Positions 9,115-17,410 of a stretch of DNA of 30,124 bases are shown here, in pieces; the first letter of the stretch is position 1; each line of letters starts with the position of its first letter. The stretch is taken from IMG/VR virus record IMGVR_UViG_3300030109_002488, positions 1 to 30,124 of that record; one strand, given 5' to 3'. The notes under the pieces are model-generated. The model did no database searches. It was given only the letters and a program-made list of their open reading frames with translations, and was not told the origin of the DNA. Source of the DNA: a virus (lineage: Duplodnaviria; Caudoviricetes). The translations under genes were made by a program, and so were the position numbers.

Positions 9115-11524
9115 CGTTATCTTTTGCTTCTACTTGTTTATCTGCTATATCTTTTTTTGCTTGTATATCTCTATTAGCTGTATCTCTTTTAATATACTCA
9201 CTTTCTCTTTTTGCTTCATTACTTTCAATATCACTAGCACGTTTCATCTCATTTAACTCTCTAGTAATTTGATTTTTTTCTCTTTCTATCTCTTCTTTAG
9301 ACTGGTCTCCTCTACTTTTTTCCATTAACTCTAACTCTTTTAGTTCAAGTTCTTTTTCTTTAATTTCAAACTCTCGCATCATTTTTTCTAATTGTAAAGA
9401 CTCAGTACCCGTTGCTGCTTGCTGTTTAGATTCAGCATTAATTAAAGCTATTTCAATATCTTTTTGTCTGTCTTTTTCATTTTCAATATTTTCAGCTTCT
9501 AATTCCATTTGTTTCATTTGAACTTGTTGTTGCTGAGCTTCTTGTTGAGCTTGTTGTTGTGCTTGCTCTAATTGAGCTGCCATTCTATCTGCCTTTTTAA
9601 GATTACTTTTAATTTGTGAAAAACTATCTAAATCTAACATCTCAGCTATATCACCTGGTTTAGCACCATTTTGCATCATAGCTTGAGTTAATCCTTTAAT
9701 ATTTTGTAATTTTTCAGCATCTTTACCAGCATCTGAAACAAATATTCCATAATTAGTTTCCATATGTGTCATAGAATCTATATCTAAAAAGTCAGTTGTG
9801 CCGTCAGGCATTACATACATACTCTTTTTTCCTGTTAACCATGCTTCTTTAGAATAATCTAATAATGCTTGAAAGTCTCTTTGTTCCATTCTTTCAAACT
9901 TTCTAAACAAATCTTCTGTAATATGTGATGATTGTAGTATAGCTTGTTGTGACGAAGCTTTACCTTCATATGCCCCAATTTCACCTTGTCTTTGTCTACT
10001 TACTCCAGATATTTTTTCCCATTCTACTAAAATAGATTCTAATAATGTAATATATTGCTGAATAGTCTTAATTGACATATCCATTACAGATTGATGTTGT
10101 GGATTTAATTGTATTCCTTCTTTATTATAATCTACCCATGCAATACCTGTACCTTCTACGTAATACATAAATTTATCCATATCCCATTTTTTTGGAATCA
10201 TGTTAATGTCAAATTGAGCAATAATATCTTTTGATTTTGCAATAGATAATTCTAATCTATATTTATAAATGTTATAATTTAATTGATAAGGTATTCCTAG
10301 TTTAACTAAAGAAATATTAGAAGCATTTATATCTGAGTATCTTCTACCATTAATAGGTAATTTACATTTTGATGGATTATCTATAGACAATCTTTGATTT
10401 GGAATAGGATTTATATTTATATATATTCTACCATCTATTCTTGTTCCTTCCCACACTTCATTTACCCACTTCCATTCTAAAACAGCTCCTATATCTTTTA
10501 ATTCTTTAGGCATTCTAAATCCATCAGCTACTTCTTTTTCTTCTATAGAACCAGTCATAGGATCTAAGTATGTTACAAATCCTATTCTTTTTCTAGACTT
10601 CCAATACACATTTACAACTTCAAGTAATCTGTTTCTATGTGCGTTTACATCTTTATTAGAAGATTGAGCATATAAAAATGACACATCTGTTTCCATATGT
10701 CTAGGTTCTTCTAATTCTAAAATTTGCTGCTCTGATAAACTGTCATAATATAAATCAATAACGCTAGAAGCATGTGCATATTTTCTAGTTAAAGCCCAGT
10801 CTCCATCTTCTACAAATTCTAGATCAGGATCAAGATCATAATCTACATCTACAGGATTAAGAATTTCATAAAAAGGTTCTCCATTTCTTACACCTCTATG
10901 TGTATACGCTTCTCCAGATACTAGATAATGAAACCAAGCTTTTTGTATTTTATCATACACTTCTTGTTCTTGCATTACATAGTTTAAAGCTTTTTCTCCT
11001 AAAATAGCTCTTTGATCTACATAACTATCCTCAAACATTTCTGCTATATGTTGTGGCATTGGATTTTCTTGTGCAATTTGTTCTGGGCTTAATCCCATCT
11101 GCATACCTTGTATTTGAGCAGCTTGCATAAATTGCATTTGTAAGTTTTTAAAAATAACTTCTTTTTTAGCTTCTTCTTTTTTGCTAATAGTGTCAGAATT
11201 TTGTACTGTAACGGTATAATTGAGAGGTCTTTTAGATTTTTCCCCTAGAAGAAGATCAATTATGGGTTTGATGATAGGGTAATTACGCATTTCAGAAGGG
11301 AAGTTCTTACGAGATTTTCCGTAAGGTTTTAATACGTAACGATAATCAGCCTCATCAATTACACCATTATAGTAATCATATAATATTTTAAGCTCATCTC
11401 TTCGTTTAGAGTAACCTGAGCCTGCATCGGAAAGATCTATAAATGCTTCTACACATTCTTCTCCCCATTTTTTAGTTTTTTTTGAAATAGGCAGTTTTTG
11501 CCTAGGTATTTTATCGTATCCCAT
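9095..11524 (-). CDS. Portal protein (crAss-like)
   Basis: 809 aa. IPRQKLP..KKTKKWGEECV, YDYYNG, RNYPIIKPIIDLLLGE, WVNEVWEGTRI and SGVSRQRQG motifs, with a C-terminal coiled-coil barrel. Directly follows TerL. Confidence 0.92.
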   Translation of the reverse strand: MGYDKIPRQKLPISKKTKKWGEECVEAFIDLSDAGSGYSKRRDELKILYDYYNGVIDEADYRYVLKPYGKSRKNFPSEMRNYPIIKPIIDLLLGEKSKRPLNYTVTVQNSDTISKKEEAKKEVIFKNLQMQFMQAAQIQGMQMGLSPEQIAQENPMPQHIAEMFEDSYVDQRAILGEKALNYVMQEQEVYDKIQKAWFHYLVSGEAYTHRGVRNGEPFYEILNPVDVDYDLDPDLEFVEDGDWALTRKYAHASSVIDLYYDSLSEQQILELEEPRHMETDVSFLYAQSSNKDVNAHRNRLLEVVNVYWKSRKRIGFVTYLDPMTGSIEEKEVADGFRMPKELKDIGAVLEWKWVNEVWEGTRIDGRIYININPIPNQRLSIDNPSKCKLPINGRRYSDINASNISLVKLGIPYQLNYNIYKYRLELSIAKSKDIIAQFDINMIPKKWDMDKFMYYVEGTGIAWVDYNKEGIQLNPQHQSVMDMSIKTIQQYITLLESILVEWEKISGVSRQRQGEIGAYEGKASSQQAILQSSHITEDLFRKFERMEQRDFQALLDYSKEAWLTGKKSMYVMPDGTTDFLDIDSMTHMETNYGIFVSDAGKDAEKLQNIKGLTQAMMQNGAKPGDIAEMLDLDSFSQIKSNLKKADRMAAQLEQAQQQAQQEAQQQQVQMKQMELEAENIENEKDRQKDIEIALINAESKQQAATGTESLQLEKMMREFEIKEKELELKELELMEKSRGDQSKEEIEREKNQITRELNEMKRASDIESNEAKRESEYIKRDTANRDIQAKKDIADKQVEAKDNDANKSN

Positions 11525-11528
11525 AATC

Positions 11529-11540
11529 TTACAAATTTAA
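11529..11540 (-). promoter_or_regulatory. Bacteroidota-type -7 promoter element upstream of portal
   Basis: Minus strand TTAAATTTGTAA (TAnnTTTG) a few nt before the portal ATG. Confidence 0.5.
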
Positions 11541-11606
11541 TTAAATTTATTCCAGCTTCTACCTCTAAAATAAATTTTGGTTGTATATTTATAAATATAA
11601 CATTGT

Positions 11607-13571
11607 CTAATAATAGTTTTGTTCAAACCATTTGTCTGTAGACCTGTCTTCTAATATATCTTTAACTTCTGAATTATATAATTCTCTTGTATGATACATA
11701 CCAATCATTAACGCCATCACTCGGTCAAAGTTTCCTTTGTGGTTAAATTTAATTAACTCCATTAATAATCCTGGATCATATATTTTGTGCAAATTTAATA
11801 ATTTATTTCCATTTTCATCTGTACGTCTTACTGTATTTAGCCAATCTCTTATATATATCTCACCTTGACGCTTTCTTGCTTCTGTCATATGCATACCATA
11901 TTGACGTTTTACCGTTTTACTTCTAAGTTCTCTTTTGTCTAACATTTCAAACTCTTCTTGTAATTTATGCATTTTTCTATATCTTTTTGCGTAAGCTATA
12001 ACCTCACCACGATCATTTTCAAATCCTATTTTACATCCATAGTAATCAGCTAGTAAAAATAAATTTCTATTATATTCATCTTGTGTTTTAGGTCTACCTA
12101 CATAAGATGCTACAATTATGTCATCTGGTTGTGATAAATTATTAGGGCGTTTTAATACGTATGCTGCACCTAACGAAGAGCTATCTGCAGATTGATTTTG
12201 GCCATAAGGGTCATGACATATTACATACATGTTCATAGGTATTTGCTGCTTTTGATTTTTATAAGGTGCTTCATAAATAACTACTGCTCCTTCTGTATCA
12301 TCATCTTTTCTGTGTGGAAATTTTAATATTTGTTTTAAATCACCATCTAATTTAAATTTAACTTGACCTTTTGTGTCTTGATACAGCCTTCCCACAGTTC
12401 CAATTGAATGTAAACTATTAGCTTTAATATTATTGTACTGTTCTTGCAAAGTTGCAACATCAAATAAATTAGCTGTTACTTGTAAAGTAGCTTCTTGAGG
12501 AGAAAAAGGATGCTCGGCTATATACTGGTCTAATGATTTAGCATCTGCAGCGCCCTTTTTCTTTTCCCTCATTGTGCCTTCATATTCTACAGCAGAATCA
12601 GACAAAGAATTTCCCTCATCATCTATAAATCCATCTAAATTTTTTTGTATAGGTATAAAATAACCACATTTACTTCCTAATGCTCCTTCATCCCAAATAT
12701 TATCATAATCCATACAATCATATGCCTCTGGATTGTAAAATATTTCTTCCATTGCTTCAAAATCCGCACCTTCTGTACCACCTGTACCAAATGCAATCAT
12801 TAATCCTAATGTTTTTGCACCTTGTCTCATTGTAGGCATAGTTACTTCCCACGCTTTTAGTAATCCTGGAAAAGATCCGGCCTCTTCAAAAAATACTAGC
12901 TCACCTGCTTTACCCCTTACCTTATCTGGGTTGTCTTTTAGTGATACCCCCATTATTTGAGACTTCATACCCATTTCAATTTCTAATCCATTTACTTTTT
13001 TCTTGTATCCTGACATTTTATGCATTTCTCTATCCCTTAATCTAGGTTGAGACCATGCAGTGTGGTCATCTATAAAAGATAAAAACTCCCAAGCTTTAGA
13101 TAATAGACCATCACCAATTAAATATTCTTTTTGTGCGGCAAATACAAAGTTTTTAGAGTTACGTACAAAAAAATAGTTACGAGCAAGCATAGATCCAGCC
13201 TTATAGGAGTATCCTTTACGTCTAGCTTTTAAAACAATCATATGTTTATTACTAGATCTAGCTTTATCTATTTCTTGAAAGTATTCCCAATCACCGTCAT
13301 AAAATCTAGGAAAGGTACGCTCACGTTTAGACTGTATACTTCCGTCCGGCAACTCCTCATCTACAGCTCTATCAATAGGGCAGTAGTTTAAATAAAAATA
13401 ATGAAATCCTGTAACATGTAATTCGTCTGTTTGATACCCATATAAACACCTTTTCCTCTCTTCATCCCAAAAATCATAATAATCTTTAGTGCCTGGAAGA
13501 GAGGTAGTATAATAACCTGTTTCTTTAAAGGTTATAGCAGCTTGTCTAACTCTGTTTGTGTTTTTAAACAT
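11607..13571 (-). CDS. terL: Terminase large subunit
   Basis: Walker A KARRKGYS, Walker B VFFEEAG, coupling motif FGTGG, nuclease motifs CHDPY and GNFDRVMA. TGFHYFYLNY is typical of crAss TerL. Confidence 0.95.
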   Translation of the reverse strand: MFKNTNRVRQAAITFKETGYYTTSLPGTKDYYDFWDEERKRCLYGYQTDELHVTGFHYFYLNYCPIDRAVDEELPDGSIQSKRERTFPRFYDGDWEYFQEIDKARSSNKHMIVLKARRKGYSYKAGSMLARNYFFVRNSKNFVFAAQKEYLIGDGLLSKAWEFLSFIDDHTAWSQPRLRDREMHKMSGYKKKVNGLEIEMGMKSQIMGVSLKDNPDKVRGKAGELVFFEEAGSFPGLLKAWEVTMPTMRQGAKTLGLMIAFGTGGTEGADFEAMEEIFYNPEAYDCMDYDNIWDEGALGSKCGYFIPIQKNLDGFIDDEGNSLSDSAVEYEGTMREKKKGAADAKSLDQYIAEHPFSPQEATLQVTANLFDVATLQEQYNNIKANSLHSIGTVGRLYQDTKGQVKFKLDGDLKQILKFPHRKDDDTEGAVVIYEAPYKNQKQQIPMNMYVICHDPYGQNQSADSSSLGAAYVLKRPNNLSQPDDIIVASYVGRPKTQDEYNRNLFLLADYYGCKIGFENDRGEVIAYAKRYRKMHKLQEEFEMLDKRELRSKTVKRQYGMHMTEARKRQGEIYIRDWLNTVRRTDENGNKLLNLHKIYDPGLLMELIKFNHKGNFDRVMALMIGMYHTRELYNSEVKDILEDRSTDKWFEQNYY

Positions 13572-13822
13572 CTATTTTTAATTTTAACTAACTCAGCACA
13601 TTTTTCATATTCTTCTGTGCTTGTAAAATACTCTATAACTACATCTATTACATCTTCACTTCTCCCATCTTCGTGCATAGGATCAAAAGGTAATGGTAAT
13701 CTATCTATTTTACCTTTTTCTAGATCGTAATAAATGTCATCTAAAGTTTTTTTCTTAGTTATAATCTCATAAGCATTTTTCATTGCTTCTTCATAGAGTT
13801 CCATGTCTTCTAAAAAATCCAT
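13532..13822 (-). CDS. Small protein with UVR (UvrB/UvrC) coiled-coil motif
   Basis: C-terminal FTSTEEYEKCAELVKIKNR matches the UVR motif. Translationally coupled to its neighbours. Confidence 0.6.
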   Translation of the reverse strand: MDFLEDMELYEEAMKNAYEIITKKKTLDDIYYDLEKGKIDRLPLPFDPMHEDGRSEDVIDVVIEYFTSTEEYEKCAELVKIKNRCLKTQTELDKLL

Positions 13823-14343
13823 TACATACTATATTTATTTACTTCAATTCCACCCCTATTTGAATTAGCGGCTTGTTCTTCTTTTTTAACTATATCTTCT
13901 AGTCTAGTTAAACCGTCTACAACTTTACCCATATTAGATAAGTTAGCTATTAAATCTTTAGCGTGAAATATAGGTTTACCGTGATCATCCATTAAATGTA
14001 AATCTATATCTCTAAAATATTTTTCTAATTTTACAATTGATGTTCTTGCAGCTTTTAATAATCTAACTGCAGATGTTTCAATTAATTTTTCATACTTATC
14101 ACAAGCACCTAGTACTGTAGGTGACGGTTTCCATTTCTTTTTTTCGCCAAATATACTGTTTTTTACTTCAATAACACGTTGATCCCATTCATATACAGCA
14201 AACGGAGATCTATGATCTACCATAAAATATACAAAAGCTAAATCTGTAACAGATAGATTTTTAAATTCTAAAATAGTTAAAGCATACGGGCTTGGAACAG
14301 CTACTCCATCATTTATATGAATTAAATCTTTACTTAGACTCAT
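13822..14343 (-). CDS. Conserved crAss-like protein upstream of TerL, putative terminase small subunit
   Basis: 173-aa helical protein (LAFVYFMVDHRSPF...LLKAAR...DDHGKPIF...RGG) in the usual TerS position. The function is inferred. Confidence 0.55.
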   Translation of the reverse strand: MSLSKDLIHINDGVAVPSPYALTILEFKNLSVTDLAFVYFMVDHRSPFAVYEWDQRVIEVKNSIFGEKKKWKPSPTVLGACDKYEKLIETSAVRLLKAARTSIVKLEKYFRDIDLHLMDDHGKPIFHAKDLIANLSNMGKVVDGLTRLEDIVKKEEQAANSNRGGIEVNKYSM

Positions 14344-14548
14344 TTTTTAATTTATTTATATGTTTAACTCGTTTAGGATTAACAGAAAATTTACCAAAAT
14401 ATGGTAAACGAATAACTTCAAACTTTCCTGCCTTAATAACATTGCTTGTATATTTAAATTGATAGTTTACTATTTGTTCAACTTTTTTCAAAGGTAAATT
14501 ATATTTATTAGCTAAGCTATATATAATTTCTTTTTTATTTTTTTTCAT
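14330..14548 (-). CDS. HU/IHF-like DNA-binding protein
   Basis: KKEII..LANKYNLPLKKVEQIV...IRLPYFGKFSV matches the HU/IHF signature. Probable start is ATG 14548 rather than 14623. Confidence 0.8.
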   Translation of the reverse strand: MKKNKKEIIYSLANKYNLPLKKVEQIVNYQFKYTSNVIKAGKFEVIRLPYFGKFSVNPKRVKHINKLKNESK

Positions 14549-14804
14549 TATATTGTGGTTTCCACTTATTTTCTGGGCAGTCAGCTGTTTTCCACTTAGC
14601 TTTATATTCCATTTTACATCCACATGTTGTACACCTCATAACATTACGTTTTAAAGACGGACAAGCTAAACATGTTTCTAATCTTTTTTGATAATCTTCT
14701 GGTGATACATTAGGAGATCCATTAGCAATATATGTTCCTACCTCTTTTGTAAAATTACTTATCATTTTAAATACAGAAGGGTATAAATTATTTTTTTTAC
14801 TCAT
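14535..14804 (-). CDS. Cys-rich putative zinc-binding protein (DUF6171-like)
   Basis: RLETCLAC-x7-CTTCGC-x4-K-x6-CPENKW pattern. Confidence 0.65.
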   Translation of the reverse strand: MSKKNNLYPSVFKMISNFTKEVGTYIANGSPNVSPEDYQKRLETCLACPSLKRNVMRCTTCGCKMEYKAKWKTADCPENKWKPQYNEKK

Positions 14805-14907
14805 CTTTTTCTATTTTTAACTTCATTAATTCTCCATCTTTATCTTGAATTATAATTATTGTGTACGGATACGCTTCAAAAAAAGTAACAACTAATCCAA
14901 AAAGCAT
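14797..14907 (-). CDS. 36-aa hypothetical protein
   Basis: MLFGLVVTFFEAYPYTIIIIQDKDGELMKLKIEKDE*. Fills the gap exactly, with a TAATG overlap upstream and an overlap with the next start. Confidence 0.55.
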   Translation of the reverse strand: MLFGLVVTFFEAYPYTIIIIQDKDGELMKLKIEKDE

Positions 14908-15236
14908 TATATTTTATTTATTTTAATTTCTACTGCGTCTGTGTCAGGATGTAAAAAAGGATTTAAAGTATAAGAGTCATTTTTTGATATTACACCTTTA
15001 TCTTTAAAACTTTTTACATAATTGTTTAAAGTGTTGTAATCTTTTATGCCTACAATTTTTGCAACTTCTTTTTTATTCTTTACACTACAAATGTTTGAGT
15101 CTTTTGTAGTAAGATTTACATCTATAAATGCAGACAAAATAGTTAATTCTTTTTCTGTAAGTTTAAATATACCATTCCACAATTGTAAATACTTGTATGT
15201 AGAGTTTATATTAACTGTTATTTTCTTTTTCTTCAT
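14907..15236 (-). CDS. Winged-helix DNA-binding protein
   Basis: LTEKELTIL...KEVAKIVGIKDYNTLNNYVKSFKDKGVI...YTLNP is a wHTH (RepL/MarR-like) pattern. Confidence 0.65.
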   Translation of the reverse strand: MKKKKITVNINSTYKYLQLWNGIFKLTEKELTILSAFIDVNLTTKDSNICSVKNKKEVAKIVGIKDYNTLNNYVKSFKDKGVISKNDSYTLNPFLHPDTDAVEIKINKI

Positions 15237-15468
15237 TTAATTTAATTTGTATTCTTCCGTTAGTTACTGTAATTTTAGATGTCTTAGATTGTCTGTTAAA
15301 TTCATCTATGTAAGATTGTATGTCAACCTTATCATATATAAATGATAAAAATACTTGTATTTCTTTAGCTGCTAGTTTAGTAGATTCTTCTAAATTTTTA
15401 GCGTTTATACTAGCGTCAAGTAAAGCGTGATAATCTTTAATAGATATAGTAACAGATCCTTCTACCAT
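15211..15468 (-). CDS. Hypothetical protein
   Basis: 85-aa ORF overlapping both neighbours in the operon. Confidence 0.7.
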   Translation of the reverse strand: MVEGSVTISIKDYHALLDASINAKNLEESTKLAAKEIQVFLSFIYDKVDIQSYIDEFNRQSKTSKITVTNGRIQIKLNEEKENNS

Positions 15469-15725
15469 TTACCTAATAGTTGATGTTCAGAAATCATAAT
15501 GTATTGCTTATCGTCTACATCTACAATTATAGCTTCTGATCTAGGGTCAACCATTACGGTTTCTCCAGTTTTAACAAAATGGCATTGAGGACCTACAGCA
15601 AGTACTTCGAGTATATTAGTATTTAAACTCTTTGCTGTTTTCTTATCTAAAATAATTCCTGAATCTGTTTGTAGTTTACTTGGGTCTGGAAGGACAACCC
15701 ACGATCCGTTTGGTTTAAAATTCAT
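15462..15725 (-). CDS. groES: Co-chaperonin GroES (Cpn10)
   Basis: FKPNGSWVVL...TDSGIIL...EVLAVGP...VKTGETVM...YIMISEHQLLG is the Cpn10 pattern, including the mobile loop. Confidence 0.88.
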   Translation of the reverse strand: MNFKPNGSWVVLPDPSKLQTDSGIILDKKTAKSLNTNILEVLAVGPQCHFVKTGETVMVDPRSEAIIVDVDDKQYIMISEHQLLGKW

Positions 15726-15743
15726 AGTCTATATATTTTTCGA

Positions 15744-15776
15744 CAAAGATATAAACTATTTTTTTATAAATCCAAA
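15744..15776 (-). promoter_or_regulatory. Bacteroidota sigma70 promoter for groES operon
   Basis: Minus strand TTTG (15776-15773), 21-nt spacer, TATCTTTG (15751-15744): the -33/-7 consensus. Confidence 0.8.
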
Positions 15777-15809
15777 TATTTTTTATAATTTTTCAAAAGG
15801 ATATAACTT

Positions 15810-16035
15810 TCCCCCTTGAAAAATCTATTTCAAACTTGGATTTCACTTTAGCAGTGCTCGGGGACCCAAGGATAGTAAGACTGATGTTAATTCACCGCAC
15901 ATACCTGTGTGCAATCTATCCTAACTAAAGTTTATACACTCGTTCTTTTGCAACTACCGGAGAAAACTCTATCTTTATTTAAGACTACAATCCGATGTCT
16001 TTGCCCTTTTTTGGTTACCGAGGGCTGAATATTGT
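15810..16035 (-). ncRNA. Candidate structured non-coding RNA (unassigned)
   Basis: ORF-free, GC-enriched segment with nested stems. It begins just downstream of its own TATCTTTGCA promoter element. Boundaries are approximate. Confidence 0.5.
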
Positions 16036-16040
16036 TGCGG

Positions 16041-16050
16041 TGCAAAGATA
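16041..16050 (-). promoter_or_regulatory. Bacteroidota -7 promoter element
   Basis: Minus strand TATCTTTGCA preceded by a T-rich tract. No clear -33 element. Confidence 0.65.
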
Positions 16051-16189
16051 AAATAAAATAAATGGAATAAAAAAATAAAATGCCAAAAATTTTTTTTGAC
16101 CAGGATTTGTGAACGTGTGAACCACTATCATCAAAGACCCCACCTTAGTTCCGATAATTTTATCACCCAACCTTAAAACATATAATAAC

Positions 16190-16414
16190 ATGGACACACC
16201 TCACAACACTATGGTTCAGATAGAATCATTCATCGGAACAAAGAACCCTAACTACTTCATCGTAACCTTCAAGGATACTGAGGTAGAGGTAGATAATGAA
16301 CTACATGTAACTCAATACGATACTAGACTTATTTTAAAATCTAATAAAGATAAGTATGAGAAACTCATTAACAAGGGTACCATTGTCAAAATGAATACAA
16401 CTCCTAGAGATTAG
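16190..16414 (+). CDS. Hypothetical early protein
   Basis: 74-aa ORF with an A-rich leader, followed by a terminator. Confidence 0.65.
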   Translation: MDTPHNTMVQIESFIGTKNPNYFIVTFKDTEVEVDNELHVTQYDTRLILKSNKDKYEKLINKGTIVKMNTTPRD

Positions 16415-16429
16415 GGGTTGTATTTTTTT
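16394..16429 (+). terminator. Rho-independent terminator
   Basis: AATACAACTCCTA-GAGAT-TAGGGGTTGTATT followed by a T-run. Confidence 0.8.
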
Positions 16430-16577
16430 ATTGTTATGTCTTTGAAACAAAACTTTCGAGACATTCATAATACTTGTTGTGAACTTTGTGTGTGAGTGTG
16501 ACAATCACGTCACATTCACCACATTTTCCCACAATTTGACACTTAACTAGAATACTAATATAAGATAATATAACATT

Positions 16578-16736
16578 ATGGATAAAAATACAATAACATT
16601 AGATGATAATATCTATGTTAAACCAAAGAAGAAGACTAAAGATGAATTATACACTGAACTATTCTCTTTGTTAGATAAACAGATACAAAATATGACTGAT
16701 AAAGAATATCAAGAATATAAAAGAAGAAGACAATGA
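16578..16736 (+). CDS. 52-aa hypothetical protein
   Basis: MDKNTITLDDNIYVKPKKKTKDELYTELFSLLDKQIQNMTDKEYQEYKRRRQ*. ATGA overlap with the next ORF. Confidence 0.55.
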   Translation: MDKNTITLDDNIYVKPKKKTKDELYTELFSLLDKQIQNMTDKEYQEYKRRRQ

Positions 16737-16825
16737 AAATAATAATCAAATCAATACAATACATACTAATCATAACAGGACTATCATTAGGTATCCTGTT
16801 TTGGTTATGTATAATGTATGTATAA
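16733..16825 (+). CDS. 30-aa single-TM peptide
   Basis: MKIIIKSIQYILIITGLSLGILFWLCIMYV*. Coupled to the upstream ORF. Confidence 0.45.
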   Translation: MKIIIKSIQYILIITGLSLGILFWLCIMYV

Positions 16826-16860
16826 CTAATCAATTAATCATTAACTAAACATTATCAATC

Positions 16861-17151
16861 ATGAACAAAGAAAAACGATTTACATCCTATGATACAGAAG
16901 GTCCAACTGACTTCGACTATGTTGGATTCCATCTAGACACAATAGATGATATATTAAAACTAATAAAAGAATGTTACACAATTGTTGGGACAGGTTATAG
17001 TCCATGTACATCTGAGAAACTAGATGAATTAAAACATTACACTGATAAACTAAAAGGATATGTTGGACAAGGTCCTTATCATGTTTATCACTCTCAACCT
17101 TTACCAAAAGGTGGAAAAGAATTAACAGTTAAAGTCTTTCCAAGAGATTAA
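16861..17151 (+). CDS. Hypothetical early protein
   Basis: 96-aa ORF with an A-rich Bacteroidota-type leader. Confidence 0.7.
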   Translation: MNKEKRFTSYDTEGPTDFDYVGFHLDTIDDILKLIKECYTIVGTGYSPCTSEKLDELKHYTDKLKGYVGQGPYHVYHSQPLPKGGKELTVKVFPRD

Positions 17152-17325
17152 AACATAACACCTGAACATGTATTCAAACTGTTCATTTAGGTATTTATAG
17201 ACTAACCTTGTTTTCTAGATAAACAAAACTAATCTTGACACTGGATCTTAATGGGATCGATACCATTAAACCACATTCTTGAAATAACATACTTTGATAT
17301 GATTTATTTAGTAAGTAAAGGTGTC

Positions 17326-17376
17326 CTTATATTGTGATGTGTATCACAACTGATGATTCCGAAAGGATGAAATAAG
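17326..17376 (+). ncRNA. Hammerhead ribozyme, type III
   Basis: CTTAT-A, stem I TTGTGAT/ATCACAA, core CTGATGA, stem II TCC-GAAA-GGA, core GAAA, with ATAAG pairing CTTAT (stem III). Predicted cleavage after AUA at 17331. Confidence 0.85.
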
Positions 17377-17410
17377 AAAAACTAACTTCAGGGTTCGAAA
17401 CCTGTAGGAA

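Noticed and set aside
2207-15240. Plus-strand ORFs (2207, 3454, 3659, 3709, 4841, 8308, 13542, 15046) and nested 8262-8492
   Set aside because: Antisense or out-of-frame shadows of well-supported genes, with low-complexity mirror translations.
17230-17410. tRNA genes suggested by GTTCGA-like loops and ACCA
   Set aside because: No acceptor, D or anticodon arms can be built; only isolated T-loop-like hairpins.
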